From sequence record SRR33789315_82: 64,000 nt of DNA, one strand, 5' to 3'. Below are positions 37,631 through 47,933 of this stretch, in pieces. Every line of letters begins with the position of its first letter. The stretch's first letter is position 1. A program made the translations under genes and the position numbers. The notes under the pieces are model-generated. The model made no database searches. It was not told the DNA's origin and saw only the letters and a list, made by a program, of their open reading frames with translations.

Positions 37631-38735
37631 CTTTAACCATTTTATTCATGGTAGCTATGGTACCATCTTCATTATACTTCAATTCGGTTACTTTTACACT
37701 TCTCAGGAAAGTCTTTCCACCAGAAAGAGAAGAATCGTGATAAAACAAATACCATTTACCATCATACTCAACAATACTGTGGTGGTTTGTCCAACCCAAT
37801 ACTTCTTCTAGAATTACACCTTTATAGGTAAAAGGCCCATAAGGACTATCACCTATACCATAAGCAATGTTATGTGTGTCTCCTGTTGAATACGAGAAGT
37901 AATATTTACCATTATATTTATGTACCCAAGCAGCTTCAAAAAATCTACGGGTAGTATCTGCAGTAGTTAAGGGCTTTCCTGTTTCATCAAGAATAACAAC
38001 ATCTTTTGGTGCTTCTGCAAAGCTTAACATATCGTCTGATAGCTTAACAATCTTAGGTGATAAGGCTGGCTCATCATCGCCATTGTAGATATTCTCTTCG
38101 GTGTATTTACCGCTAGTCCATTTTTGTAATTGACCGCCCCAGATTCCACCAAAATACATATAATAATCATCTCCATCTTTAAAAACAGCGGGATCTATAC
38201 TATAACTATTTTCGATAGGTTTCTCTTCTGCCTTAAATGGTCCAGCAGGATCATCTGAAGTAGCAACTCCTATATGAAAAACACCCGCTTTATCTTTTGC
38301 AGGAAAATACAGGTAATAGGTACCGTCTTTTTCTGCGGCATCAGGCGCCCACATTTGGCGTTCTGCCCAAGGCACATCATCAACATCTAATGCTACACCG
38401 TGATCTGCAAATTTACCAGTCTCTGTATTTAAAGAATAAACATGGTAATCGCGCATATTAAAATGGCTTCCTAAATCATCTTCAGGAATTCCTGATTCAT
38501 AATCGTGAGAAGGGTAAATGTAAAGTTTAGATTCAAAAACATGTGCTGATGGATCTGCTGTATATAAATCTGTTGCGATAGGCGTGTCTTGCTCTAAGTT
38601 GACCACTTTTTGCTCTACTACTTCATTTTCTATGACATCTGTATCTTGAGATGGTTTCTCTTTGCAGTTAGTAAAAAATAGAGGAATTGCTGCTAAAAAA
38701 ACAACAGAAGAAATACGTCTTTGACTTTTGTACAT
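37623..38735 (-). CDS. GH43 (subfamily 1-like) beta-xylosidase/arabinosidase
   Basis: YTADPSAH, MWAPD, SIDP, RRFFEA, WTNHHS. Confidence 0.9.
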   Translation of the reverse strand: MYKSQRRISSVVFLAAIPLFFTNCKEKPSQDTDVIENEVVEQKVVNLEQDTPIATDLYTADPSAHVFESKLYIYPSHDYESGIPEDDLGSHFNMRDYHVYSLNTETGKFADHGVALDVDDVPWAERQMWAPDAAEKDGTYYLYFPAKDKAGVFHIGVATSDDPAGPFKAEEKPIENSYSIDPAVFKDGDDYYMYFGGIWGGQLQKWTSGKYTEENIYNGDDEPALSPKIVKLSDDMLSFAEAPKDVVILDETGKPLTTADTTRRFFEAAWVHKYNGKYYFSYSTGDTHNIAYGIGDSPYGPFTYKGVILEEVLGWTNHHSIVEYDGKWYLFYHDSSLSGGKTFLRSVKVTELKYNEDGTIATMNKMVKVD

Positions 38736-38936
38736 AATACTGGACCTTATAAAATTAAAATGATTAATAAAAGGGGGTTGACTTGTCCAACTTGACCCGC
38801 AGGCTAAGTTATTTAAAAAAAATCAAACGTTTTCATAAAATAACATTTTATGCTTAATATTTGATTATCAATTAATTAAAGGTAATATATTTTAGTTTAC
38901 ACTATTTAAATTTGTTGATTTTTAGTATTTTAAACA

Positions 38937-38947
38937 CAATCGATTGC
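38937..38947. promoter_or_regulatory. LacI-type operator copy 2
   Basis: CAATCGATTGC between divergent GH43 and GH35. Confidence 0.72.
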
Positions 38948-39119
38948 ATCAGCGGAATATTTCGGTATTTTTATTCTGTTTAAACGGCAAAATAAATAAT
39001 TAGTTACTAACTAATTAAAAAACTACTCAAAAAATATAACCTATTAATAATTAGGATTTCTTCCTCAGAAAAGGATGATATAGATACCATTCTTGAAGTA
39101 AGATTAAAGCCATCAAAAA

Positions 39120-40775
39120 ATGAAATACACATTCAAATCTCTATATTATTCACTTGTATTCCTCAGCTGTTTACTTATTACTAATAGCCTAGTAGCGCAA
39201 ACAAAAGCTTCTTATACCTTACCTCATTTATCAAAACAAGGCACAACTACTCAATTAATAGTAGATGATAAGCCATTTATAATCCTAGGTGGAGAACTGG
39301 GCAATTCATCCTTTACCAGTCTGGAATATATGAAGCCAATATGGCCAAAATTAAAAGCCATGAACCTCAATACGGTTTTAGCTCCTGTATACTGGGAATT
39401 AATAGAACCCCAAGAAGGGAAATTTGATTTTGAATTACTGGACCAATTAATAACCGAAGCACATAAACTAGATCTTAGACTCGTATTGCTATGGTTTGGC
39501 TCGTGGAAAAATAGTATGTCGAGTCATGCGCCAGCTTGGGTAAAAACAAATCAAAAACGCTTTCCTAGAATAAAAGATGATACGGGTGCTAGTCAAGAAA
39601 TTTTATCTCCTTTTTATGACGAAAACCTACAAGCAGATAAAACGGCTTTTTTAGCTTTAATGCAACATCTTAAAACAATAGACAGCGAGAATCAAACCGT
39701 CTTGATGATTCAGGTAGAAAATGAAATCGGGATGTTACCCTCTGCCAGAGATTACAGTGCGCTAGCTAATAAAAAGTTCAACGAAAAAGTACCTTTAGAA
39801 TTCACGAACTATCTTAAAAAGAATAAAAATAACTTAGTTCCCGAATTTAAAGAGGTTTGGAGTAAAAACGGAAACAAAACAGACGGTACTTGGGAGGAAA
39901 TATTTGGAAAAGGAATCCATACCGACGAAATTTTTATGGCTTGGTACTATTCTAAATTCACCAATACCTTGACAGCCGCGGGCAAAACGGTATATAATTT
40001 ACCCATGTACGTAAATGCCGCTCTTAATCGTCCTGAAGCATTGCCAGGTCCCAGTTATCCTAGCGCAGGGCCATTACCACATATAATAGATGTATGGCGT
40101 GCAGCTGGACCAGCTATAGACTTATTTGCCCCAGATTTTTATTTCCCAAACTTTAAGCATTGGTGCGATCTCTATACTAGACAAAACAATACCTTGTTTA
40201 TCCCCGAACATAAATTTGACAGTACCGTTGCTGCAAAAGCAGCTTATGCTATTGGTCATTACAAGGCTATAGGCTTCTCCCCTTTCTCTATAGAATCTGT
40301 CGAAGATTCTCAACAAGAACCCCTCGGAAAAATGTATGCATTAATTGCCCAGCTAACCCCATTAATTTCAAAACATCAGATTGATGGGAAGGTTGAAGGT
40401 TTTTTATTAGATAAGGAAAATCCCGAAACTCGTATTCAACTTGGTGATTATGTATTTACAGTTAAACATAGTCATACTTTAGGTTGGGAAGCGCAATCAA
40501 AAAATGAAAACTGGGGGCTTGCAGGCGGCATTATTATCCAAACCAATGACAACAAATTTTATATTGCAGGTTCTGGAATGGTTATCACTTTTAAAAATAG
40601 TAAGAAACCTAATTCAAAAGTAGGCATCCTAAAAACTGAAGAAGGAATAATAGAAGATGATAATTGGAAAGTTTTAAGACATCTAAATGGAGACCAAACC
40701 CACCAAGGAAGACATATCTGTACATTTTTGAATGACTATAGCATACAACGAGTTGAACTATATGATTATAATTAA
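39120..40775 (+). CDS. GH35-like beta-galactosidase with DUF5597 C-terminal domain
   Basis: GGELGNSS, WFGSWKNSMS, QVENE, LFIPE, RHLNGDQTHQG. Confidence 0.8.
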   Translation: MKYTFKSLYYSLVFLSCLLITNSLVAQTKASYTLPHLSKQGTTTQLIVDDKPFIILGGELGNSSFTSLEYMKPIWPKLKAMNLNTVLAPVYWELIEPQEGKFDFELLDQLITEAHKLDLRLVLLWFGSWKNSMSSHAPAWVKTNQKRFPRIKDDTGASQEILSPFYDENLQADKTAFLALMQHLKTIDSENQTVLMIQVENEIGMLPSARDYSALANKKFNEKVPLEFTNYLKKNKNNLVPEFKEVWSKNGNKTDGTWEEIFGKGIHTDEIFMAWYYSKFTNTLTAAGKTVYNLPMYVNAALNRPEALPGPSYPSAGPLPHIIDVWRAAGPAIDLFAPDFYFPNFKHWCDLYTRQNNTLFIPEHKFDSTVAAKAAYAIGHYKAIGFSPFSIESVEDSQQEPLGKMYALIAQLTPLISKHQIDGKVEGFLLDKENPETRIQLGDYVFTVKHSHTLGWEAQSKNENWGLAGGIIIQTNDNKFYIAGSGMVITFKNSKKPNSKVGILKTEEGIIEDDNWKVLRHLNGDQTHQGRHICTFLNDYSIQRVELYDYN

Positions 40776-41009
40776 AGTAAATAATGGTGATTAAATGGAA
40801 GTTGGTTCACTCTTATTATTGCCCTTTTTATTAAAATATAGTTTAATAAATTTTTCTATTTTGAGACTTATTTCCAATCAAAAAAAACTGATGATTCTTT
40901 AAAATACCAAACCTTTTTTTAATTATTCATTATTGACAAATAATTCTTTATCAATAATGAAATAATGGAAAACGAAGTGTAATGATAACATTTGTTATTA
41001 TTTTCTCAC

Positions 41010-41021
41010 GCAATCGATTGC
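41010..41021. promoter_or_regulatory. LacI-type operator copy 3
   Basis: GCAATCGATTGC upstream of susC. Confidence 0.78.
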
Positions 41022-41123
41022 ATCATTTAATTATTTCTGTATTTTTATAAAATCAAAAATCAATAAAGGCAATAACAATATCAAAGTTGTCTATTAGAAC
41101 TCTTTAAATTAAAATTCTAAAAA

Positions 41124-44100
41124 ATGATTGAACATTTATCAAGCAAACTATTTGTAAAGCACAAAAAGCTTTTATTGCTGGCGCTATTTATAGGGCTGGC
41201 ATCACCTGCTTTAGCACAGGAAATTACAGTTTTAGGGACTGTAAAAGATGCAACTGGACCTCTTCCAGGGGTATCTGTAATTGTTAAAGGAACTTCAAAT
41301 GGGGCATCAACAGATTTTGACGGTAATTACAGTCTATCTAATGTACCTACAAATGCAACATTACTCTTTAGTTATGTTGGATTTATCAAACAAGAAATCC
41401 CGCTTAACGGAAGATCATCAATCGATGTAGTTCTAGTTGAAGATTTACAAGCTCTTGACGAAGTAGTGGTTGTAGGTTATGGATCTATGCAACGTTCTAA
41501 CGTAACAGGTTCAATTGTTACCGTGGATGTAGAAGAACTTCAAAAAGTTCCTCTACCAAACCCGATAGAAGCATTAAGAGGACGCGTAGCTGGACTACAA
41601 GTCACTCGAGGTAGTGGTCAACCTGGTGCAGGTGTTACCTTTAAAATTAGAGGAACAAATTCGTTAGGGGCCGTTTCTGGAGACATCGATGGAAATAACC
41701 AACCAATACTTGTAATTGATGGTGTTCCAATTCCTGGCGGTAATCTTAACGAGATAAACCCGTCTGACATCGAATCTATCAATGTTCTAAAAGATGCCGC
41801 TGCTGCTGCAATTTATGGTTCACAAGGTGCCAATGGTGCCATTTTAATCACAACAAAAAATGGTAAGAAAGGATTAAGTAAAATAACTCTTAATTTTTAC
41901 ACTGGATTTGTTGACCTCGCCAATCGTATTGATATGATGAACGGGGATCAATATGTGAGATATTTGTTTGATAGTGCCATTCAAAACGGAACCACTAATC
42001 CCCAAGTTCAAAATGTATTAACTAATGAAGAATTAAATAATTATGTTAATGGGAGGGATTATGATTGGCAAGAATTATTAATCGGAACAGGTATCCAAAA
42101 TAATCTAAGTATTGGCACAAGTGGTGGTGGAGAAAATTATAGTTTTTATATTAATGGAGATGCCTATAAGGAAGAAGGTATTATTACTGCTTCAGATTAT
42201 GAAAGGTATTCTGTGCGTCTTAATGCAGATTTTAAACCTAAAGAATGGTTTAAAATTGGGGCAAGAGTTCAATTAACTAAAAGTTTTTCTGACGAAACCA
42301 GTAATATCATAAGTGAATTTAATGTAAATGGTGGTTTTGCCCCTTTCCTACCTATAAGTACTAATACTCCTTTAGGGAATGTATTTAATGAGGACGGAAC
42401 GTATACTAAGTTCTTAAACGGAGATCAGTTTCAAATAAACCCGCTCCATAGATATAATGAGTCAGTAGTAGATAGAAATGTAACTCGATCATATATTAAT
42501 CCTTATATTAATATTGATATTATAGAAGGTCTTACATATACACTAAATACATTTGCTGAGAATCGTCAGGAATTCTTTGGCCGCTTTCAATCTTCAGACT
42601 ATGGAGATCAAGACCCAAGTGAGGCACAAATTGCTCAAAGCACTAACAAAAATTATCTTTTAGATAATATCCTAACATACAACCGCGATTTTGGAAAACA
42701 CAGTGTTAATGCAACTGCTGTGTATGGTATGCAAAAATTCGAGTTTGAAGGATCAGATCTGTATGCAGATAATCTGCCTACAGATTTATTAGGGTATAAT
42801 GCTATAGGAGATGCACTTAATTCTCAATCAGAATTAGACTGGAATACAGATGAAAACGGAAGAGTATATATGGTTGGTCGGATAGGCTATGGATATGATA
42901 GTCGCTACAACTTTACCATGACATTACGACGTGATGGTTCTTCAAAATTTGGTGAAAATTATAAGTATGGGAATTTTCCATCGATCTCATTTGCTTGGAA
43001 TGCACATAACGAATTGTTTTTAAAAGATGTAGATTTTCTTGATATGCTAAAACTAAGAGTTAGTTATGGTGTTCTAGGTAATGATAATATCGGAACCTAT
43101 CTCTATCGTGCAGGAACTAATAATATTCAGCTAAATATAGGGGTTGATGAAAACGGAAACGACATTGTATTTAATGGTTATGGCGTAGGGAACAATGCTT
43201 CAAACCCTAATTTACGTTGGGAAGAAAGTCAACAGCAAAATATAGGTGTCGATTTTGGATTTCTAAAAAACATCTTAACAGGTAGCATCGATGTATGGAA
43301 AACAAATACAAAAGATGTATTACTTTTTGAAACAATTATACCCGTAAATGGTGGTTTCTCACAATACCCTTCAAATGTTGGAGAAGTTGAAAATAAGGGT
43401 ATAGATATAGGTTTAGGAGCAAGTATTTTTGACAAAGGAGATTTTACTTGGAAAGTAAATTTAAACTGGTCTAAAGATCAAAATCAAATAGTGCGCTTAA
43501 GCAGAGGAGATGTAAATGAAGAAGGAGAGCCAGTAGATAATCCAGCAAATGGATGGTTTATAGGTCAAGACATTCGTGAAATATATGACTATAAATTTTT
43601 AGGCGTATGGCAATTAGGAGAAGAAGATGAAGCATCTGCATTTGGTCAAGTACCTGGAGATCCAATAATTGCAGATAGCGATGGTAGTGGTGTTATTGAC
43701 GCAAACGATAGAACTTTCTTAGGTAATCCTACACCAGATTGGTATGGAGGAATTAATAGTGTTACAAGCTATAAAGGTTTTGAACTTTCTGTATTAGTTG
43801 AAACTGTTCAAGGAGTAACGAGAGTAAATAATTACATAGGCAATTATACCGGTCGCGGTAATCAATTAAATATAAATTATTGGACTCCAGAAAATCCTAG
43901 CAATGAATTCACTCGAGTAGGATCTAATGGAGGGTTAGCGGGACCATACTCAGCTGCTATTCGTGTTAGAGATGCTTCATTTGTAGCACTGAGAAATGTC
44001 TCTTTAGGATATGATCTTCCCTCCAAATTTATAGACAAAACACCTTTTTCAAAGGTTAATCTTTACGTGAGAGGTAATAACCTTAAATACTGGACAGATT

Positions 44101-44186
44101 ACGATAATGCCTTTTCTCCAGAATCAGGAGTAGGATCTTATCCCATAACCAGAACTTGGGTATTTGGGACAAACTTGACATTTTAA
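41124..44186 (+). CDS. SusC/RagA TonB-dependent transporter
   Basis: LDEVVVVGYG, VLKDAAAAAIYGSQGANG, C-terminal F. Confidence 0.95.
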   Translation: MIEHLSSKLFVKHKKLLLLALFIGLASPALAQEITVLGTVKDATGPLPGVSVIVKGTSNGASTDFDGNYSLSNVPTNATLLFSYVGFIKQEIPLNGRSSIDVVLVEDLQALDEVVVVGYGSMQRSNVTGSIVTVDVEELQKVPLPNPIEALRGRVAGLQVTRGSGQPGAGVTFKIRGTNSLGAVSGDIDGNNQPILVIDGVPIPGGNLNEINPSDIESINVLKDAAAAAIYGSQGANGAILITTKNGKKGLSKITLNFYTGFVDLANRIDMMNGDQYVRYLFDSAIQNGTTNPQVQNVLTNEELNNYVNGRDYDWQELLIGTGIQNNLSIGTSGGGENYSFYINGDAYKEEGIITASDYERYSVRLNADFKPKEWFKIGARVQLTKSFSDETSNIISEFNVNGGFAPFLPISTNTPLGNVFNEDGTYTKFLNGDQFQINPLHRYNESVVDRNVTRSYINPYINIDIIEGLTYTLNTFAENRQEFFGRFQSSDYGDQDPSEAQIAQSTNKNYLLDNILTYNRDFGKHSVNATAVYGMQKFEFEGSDLYADNLPTDLLGYNAIGDALNSQSELDWNTDENGRVYMVGRIGYGYDSRYNFTMTLRRDGSSKFGENYKYGNFPSISFAWNAHNELFLKDVDFLDMLKLRVSYGVLGNDNIGTYLYRAGTNNIQLNIGVDENGNDIVFNGYGVGNNASNPNLRWEESQQQNIGVDFGFLKNILTGSIDVWKTNTKDVLLFETIIPVNGGFSQYPSNVGEVENKGIDIGLGASIFDKGDFTWKVNLNWSKDQNQIVRLSRGDVNEEGEPVDNPANGWFIGQDIREIYDYKFLGVWQLGEEDEASAFGQVPGDPIIADSDGSGVIDANDRTFLGNPTPDWYGGINSVTSYKGFELSVLVETVQGVTRVNNYIGNYTGRGNQLNINYWTPENPSNEFTRVGSNGGLAGPYSAAIRVRDASFVALRNVSLGYDLPSKFIDKTPFSKVNLYVRGNNLKYWTDYDNAFSPESGVGSYPITRTWVFGTNLTF

Positions 44187-44206
44187 ATAATAAAAAAGCA
44201 ACGAAA

Positions 44207-45796
44207 ATGAATAATTATAAATCTTTATTTCTTATGCTCTTTTTAGCACTGTTTATAACCAGTTGCGAAGATGAGTTTATTGATCTAGAAGCCAGGGATG
44301 AACTCCCCGCTTCTCTTGCACTTAATAGTATAGAAGGACTGGAAGCAACTATGTTTCAGGTGTTACGCACAGCAAGAAACATCTATTCTAGCCCAGAAGT
44401 CTGCTTATATAGACAAGCAGGAACAGACCTAGTTAAGGCAGGAACAAATCTTACAGATGTTTCTACAGGAGGCATGTTAGGTATGCACGAATATAGTGCA
44501 GGACTTGCGCCCACCAGCGGGGAAATAGAAGGTATCTGGAATAACTATTATACGGCTTTAGATAGATGTAATCGTGTTATTGCAGCCACTGATGTGATTG
44601 TTCCTATCTCAACCGTTGAAGAAAACAACCTGCAACGCTTTAAAGGGCAAGCCTCAGCAATGAAAGCATTTCTTTATTTAGAATTGATAAGACGTTTTGA
44701 CCATATTCCTCTTTCTACTTTACAAGAAGAAGGTACTGAGCCAAGTTTGGATGCACCTTTACAGGATAAAGCAGTTATCTACGAAGAAATTATTTCAAAT
44801 TGCAAAACCGCTATAGAATTATTACCCACTCGAGCTGAAGCGGCAGCTGGTGTCGGATCTCCTTCAAAAGGATTGGCAAACTTACTTTTAGCATATGCAC
44901 AGATGGATTTGGGAAATTGGGCAGAAGCAGCTGCGGCGGCAGAGGCTTTAATTGCAGATCCTTCTTATGAACTCCAACCATTAGACTATATTTTTGGAGT
45001 AGAAGGTGGAAAAGCAGGTGAAGAAAGTAACAATGAAATTATATTTTCTCTCCTCTATGATCCAAATATATCGGGAACTGGTGAAGAACAATTTGTTTCA
45101 GTAATGTATACCCCTCTATATGACCGAATTAACGGAGTCCTAAGAACTATGGAAACAGGAGGTCGTGCTTGGTCGAGATATTCTCCTTCTGATTATTATT
45201 GGAGCTTATTTGATGAAGAAGATGGTAGATTACAAGCTTGGCATAAACTGCAATGGACATTTGATGATCCTGACAATCTTCCTCCTGGTGTAGAATTAGG
45301 TGACCCGGTCACAAAACAAGATGTTATAGATCAATTTGGAGAAGGAGCTATTCAACTTCGCTATATAGAACCTACCACAACAAAATTTTGGGAAGATGGT
45401 ACTTATAACCGAACTACGGGTGACGCAGGTGGCTATAGAAACATACTTATTCATCGTTACGCTGAAGCTTTCATATTAGGTGCAGAAGCACAAATGCGGA
45501 ATGGAAATATGAGCCGGGCTCTCGAATTAATCAATGTCATACGGGATAGAGCTTATGGAGATACTAATCATAGATTTACTTCCCTAGATGAAGAAATCTT
45601 ATTAGAAGAGCAAGCTCGTGAACTAGGTCATGAAGGACAACGTTGGGCTACATTAAAAAGACTTGGTCTTTTAGTAACTCGTGTTCAACAATATAATCCT
45701 AATGGAGGACCAAATATTCAGGCTAAACATGTAAGATGGCCTATTCCACAATCCTTTGTTGATTTGGCAGGTGTAGAACAAAACGAAGGGTATTAA
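44207..45796 (+). CDS. SusD/RagB family lipoprotein
   Basis: Lipobox ITSC; HRYAEAFILGAEA, EQARELGHEGQRW, QNEGY; ATG 44207. Confidence 0.93.
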   Translation: MNNYKSLFLMLFLALFITSCEDEFIDLEARDELPASLALNSIEGLEATMFQVLRTARNIYSSPEVCLYRQAGTDLVKAGTNLTDVSTGGMLGMHEYSAGLAPTSGEIEGIWNNYYTALDRCNRVIAATDVIVPISTVEENNLQRFKGQASAMKAFLYLELIRRFDHIPLSTLQEEGTEPSLDAPLQDKAVIYEEIISNCKTAIELLPTRAEAAAGVGSPSKGLANLLLAYAQMDLGNWAEAAAAAEALIADPSYELQPLDYIFGVEGGKAGEESNNEIIFSLLYDPNISGTGEEQFVSVMYTPLYDRINGVLRTMETGGRAWSRYSPSDYYWSLFDEEDGRLQAWHKLQWTFDDPDNLPPGVELGDPVTKQDVIDQFGEGAIQLRYIEPTTTKFWEDGTYNRTTGDAGGYRNILIHRYAEAFILGAEAQMRNGNMSRALELINVIRDRAYGDTNHRFTSLDEEILLEEQARELGHEGQRWATLKRLGLLVTRVQQYNPNGGPNIQAKHVRWPIPQSFVDLAGVEQNEGY

Positions 45797-45814
45797 TCAA
45801 TAAAATCTCGTATT

Positions 45815-47779
45815 ATGAAAAAAATTATAACCTATTTATTCGGTTTTCTTGCTTTTACTTCAGTGATATTGACCAGTTGTGAAGATGATGAATTTAATTA
45901 TCCTGTTGATATTTCGAGCCAAAGTGTCGAATCAGCTTATCCCTTAGAAAGAGTTACTATCGAAGGGACTAATTTCAACACAGTTCAATTTGTTTTTGTA
46001 GGCACACTCCAAGCAAATTTTGAAATAGAAGAAAGTGGTGCAATAACCTTTGAAATACCTGCATCTGCAGATGCAGGTATGACAACTGTAACATTAGCAA
46101 TGGCTAATAATTATAGAGAAACCTTTCAGATTGAAGTTTTACAAAGGCCATTCCCTGTTATTGAACGCATATCTCCTAGTGCTGGTGCACCTGGTGAGAG
46201 CATTACAATAGCCGGAAGCTCTTTAGGTAATTTAGAAACAATCACAGTGGGTGAGGTTGAAGCCTCTGTAGTATCTAATACCGGTACAGAATTAGTATTT
46301 ACCGTTCCTGATGGCTTACCTAACAACACACCACAAATTATTAATATTGTTACTTCTGGTGGAGAAGTTGAGTCAGAATCTATCTTTTATGTTGGTGATA
46401 ATCTAGTAGCAAACGGAGAGTTTGAAGAAGGTACCGGTGATGATTTTACCAATTGGGGTAAATGGAATGGCGGTGATGGACTAACTGCTACCACAGTTGC
46501 AAATGAAGCTTATTATGGACGTTCCCTAAAAGCAGTAGCCGTAGGTGGCGACGCATGGAGAACCCAGTTTGCAAGTGATCCTGCACAAACCCAAATAGGT
46601 GTAGAATACACCTTATTTATGTGGATAAAAGCAGAAGCAGGAAGCCCCGGAGATGGCGGTAACATAAGATTTTCTACCAGTCCAGATGCTATGTATAGCG
46701 ACAACTATGATATCAATTCAGAATGGCAACAAATAGAATGGGTATTTACAGCAAATGCTGCTGAAACGAGTATAGTATTAGATCTAGGCGTAATAACAGA
46801 TGCAATCTATTTTATAGATAATGTTACTTTAATTGCTACAGGAATTGCTGGACCACAGCCGGTAGAATTAATGCTAAACGGGGGATTTGAACTAGGAGAT
46901 GGAGATGATTTCACCAATTGGAACAAATTCAATGGAGCAGATTTATTGACTGCGACTACAAATCCTGATGAAGTAAGGAGTGGTGATCGCGCATTGAGGG
47001 CTGTCGGCGCTGGTGCAGATGCATGGAGGACTCAACTTGCAACTGATGTAATGGTTACAGAACCCGGAACCGGCTATCTGGCTAGCCTTTGGATAAAAGG
47101 AGAAGGCAGTGGAATAGGTGGTTCGGTGCGTATGTCAACCGCAGGCAATGGAGATGCCCAATATCAAGGTAGCTTTACAGTAACAGGTGAATGGCAATTA
47201 ATTGAATGGAATATAACTGCAAATAGTACAGAGACACAACTAGTTCTGGATATGGGTGCCACAGCAGATGCAGTTTATTTTGTAGATGATGTAAGTTTTG
47301 AAGCTCCACCTGAAGAACCTGCAGCTAATCTTGCGCTTAACCCAGGATTTGAAGAAGGAGACGGTGATGAGTTTACAAATTGGAATAAATTTAATGGTGC
47401 TGATTTATTAACCGCTACTATTGCAGACGATGAAGTCCATAAAGGAAGTCGCGCGTTAAAAGCTGTAGGATTTGGAGGAGATGCGTGGAGAACGCAAATG
47501 GCAACAGATGTTATGGCTACAGAAGCAGGCACCTCTTACACGGCGAGTATTTGGATTAAAGCAGAAGAAGGTTCACCTGGAGTTGGTGGTGCAATACGAA
47601 TGTCTACTGCAGGAAATGGAGATGCCCAATATCAAGGTGATGTGACCGTAACTGCAGACTGGCAACAAGTATTGTGGACCATTACAGCAAACGGTACCGA
47701 AACGCAATTAGTCCTTGATCTTGGATTTACAGAAAATGCAGTTTACTTTATTGATGATGTAGAATTTAAAGAAGATTAG
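45815..47779 (+). CDS. Surface glycan-binding lipoprotein: 2x IPT/TIG + 3x CBM4/9-like
   Basis: Lipobox LTSC; three repeats NG.FE.G.GD.FTNW.K.NG..DAWRTQ..YF.D.V. Confidence 0.82.
   Translation: MKKIITYLFGFLAFTSVILTSCEDDEFNYPVDISSQSVESAYPLERVTIEGTNFNTVQFVFVGTLQANFEIEESGAITFEIPASADAGMTTVTLAMANNYRETFQIEVLQRPFPVIERISPSAGAPGESITIAGSSLGNLETITVGEVEASVVSNTGTELVFTVPDGLPNNTPQIINIVTSGGEVESESIFYVGDNLVANGEFEEGTGDDFTNWGKWNGGDGLTATTVANEAYYGRSLKAVAVGGDAWRTQFASDPAQTQIGVEYTLFMWIKAEAGSPGDGGNIRFSTSPDAMYSDNYDINSEWQQIEWVFTANAAETSIVLDLGVITDAIYFIDNVTLIATGIAGPQPVELMLNGGFELGDGDDFTNWNKFNGADLLTATTNPDEVRSGDRALRAVGAGADAWRTQLATDVMVTEPGTGYLASLWIKGEGSGIGGSVRMSTAGNGDAQYQGSFTVTGEWQLIEWNITANSTETQLVLDMGATADAVYFVDDVSFEAPPEEPAANLALNPGFEEGDGDEFTNWNKFNGADLLTATIADDEVHKGSRALKAVGFGGDAWRTQMATDVMATEAGTSYTASIWIKAEEGSPGVGGAIRMSTAGNGDAQYQGDVTVTADWQQVLWTITANGTETQLVLDLGFTENAVYFIDDVEFKED
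46400..47770 (+). repeat. Three tandem ~450-bp domain repeats inside the lipoprotein gene
   Basis: Repeated peptide and DNA blocks, e.g. GGAGATGCCCAATATCAAGGT in repeats 2 and 3. Confidence 0.8.
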
Positions 47780-47807
47780 CCACTTGTAAACATAAATTAG
47801 TATTTTT

Positions 47808-47844
47808 AAAAAAGTCGTCAACTTTAGTTTGGCGGCTTTTTTTT
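47808..47844 (+). terminator. Intrinsic terminator after susC-susD-SGBP
   Basis: AAAAAAGTCGTCAA/TTGGCGGCTTTTTTTT with G-U pairs. Confidence 0.75.
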
Positions 47845-47933
47845 AGTGAAAAGAATTATAAATTATAAAAACCTAAATAATTTCTGCTTCCATTTTTATG
47901 GAATTGGTTTTATATTTTTGAGAAATTAAAATT

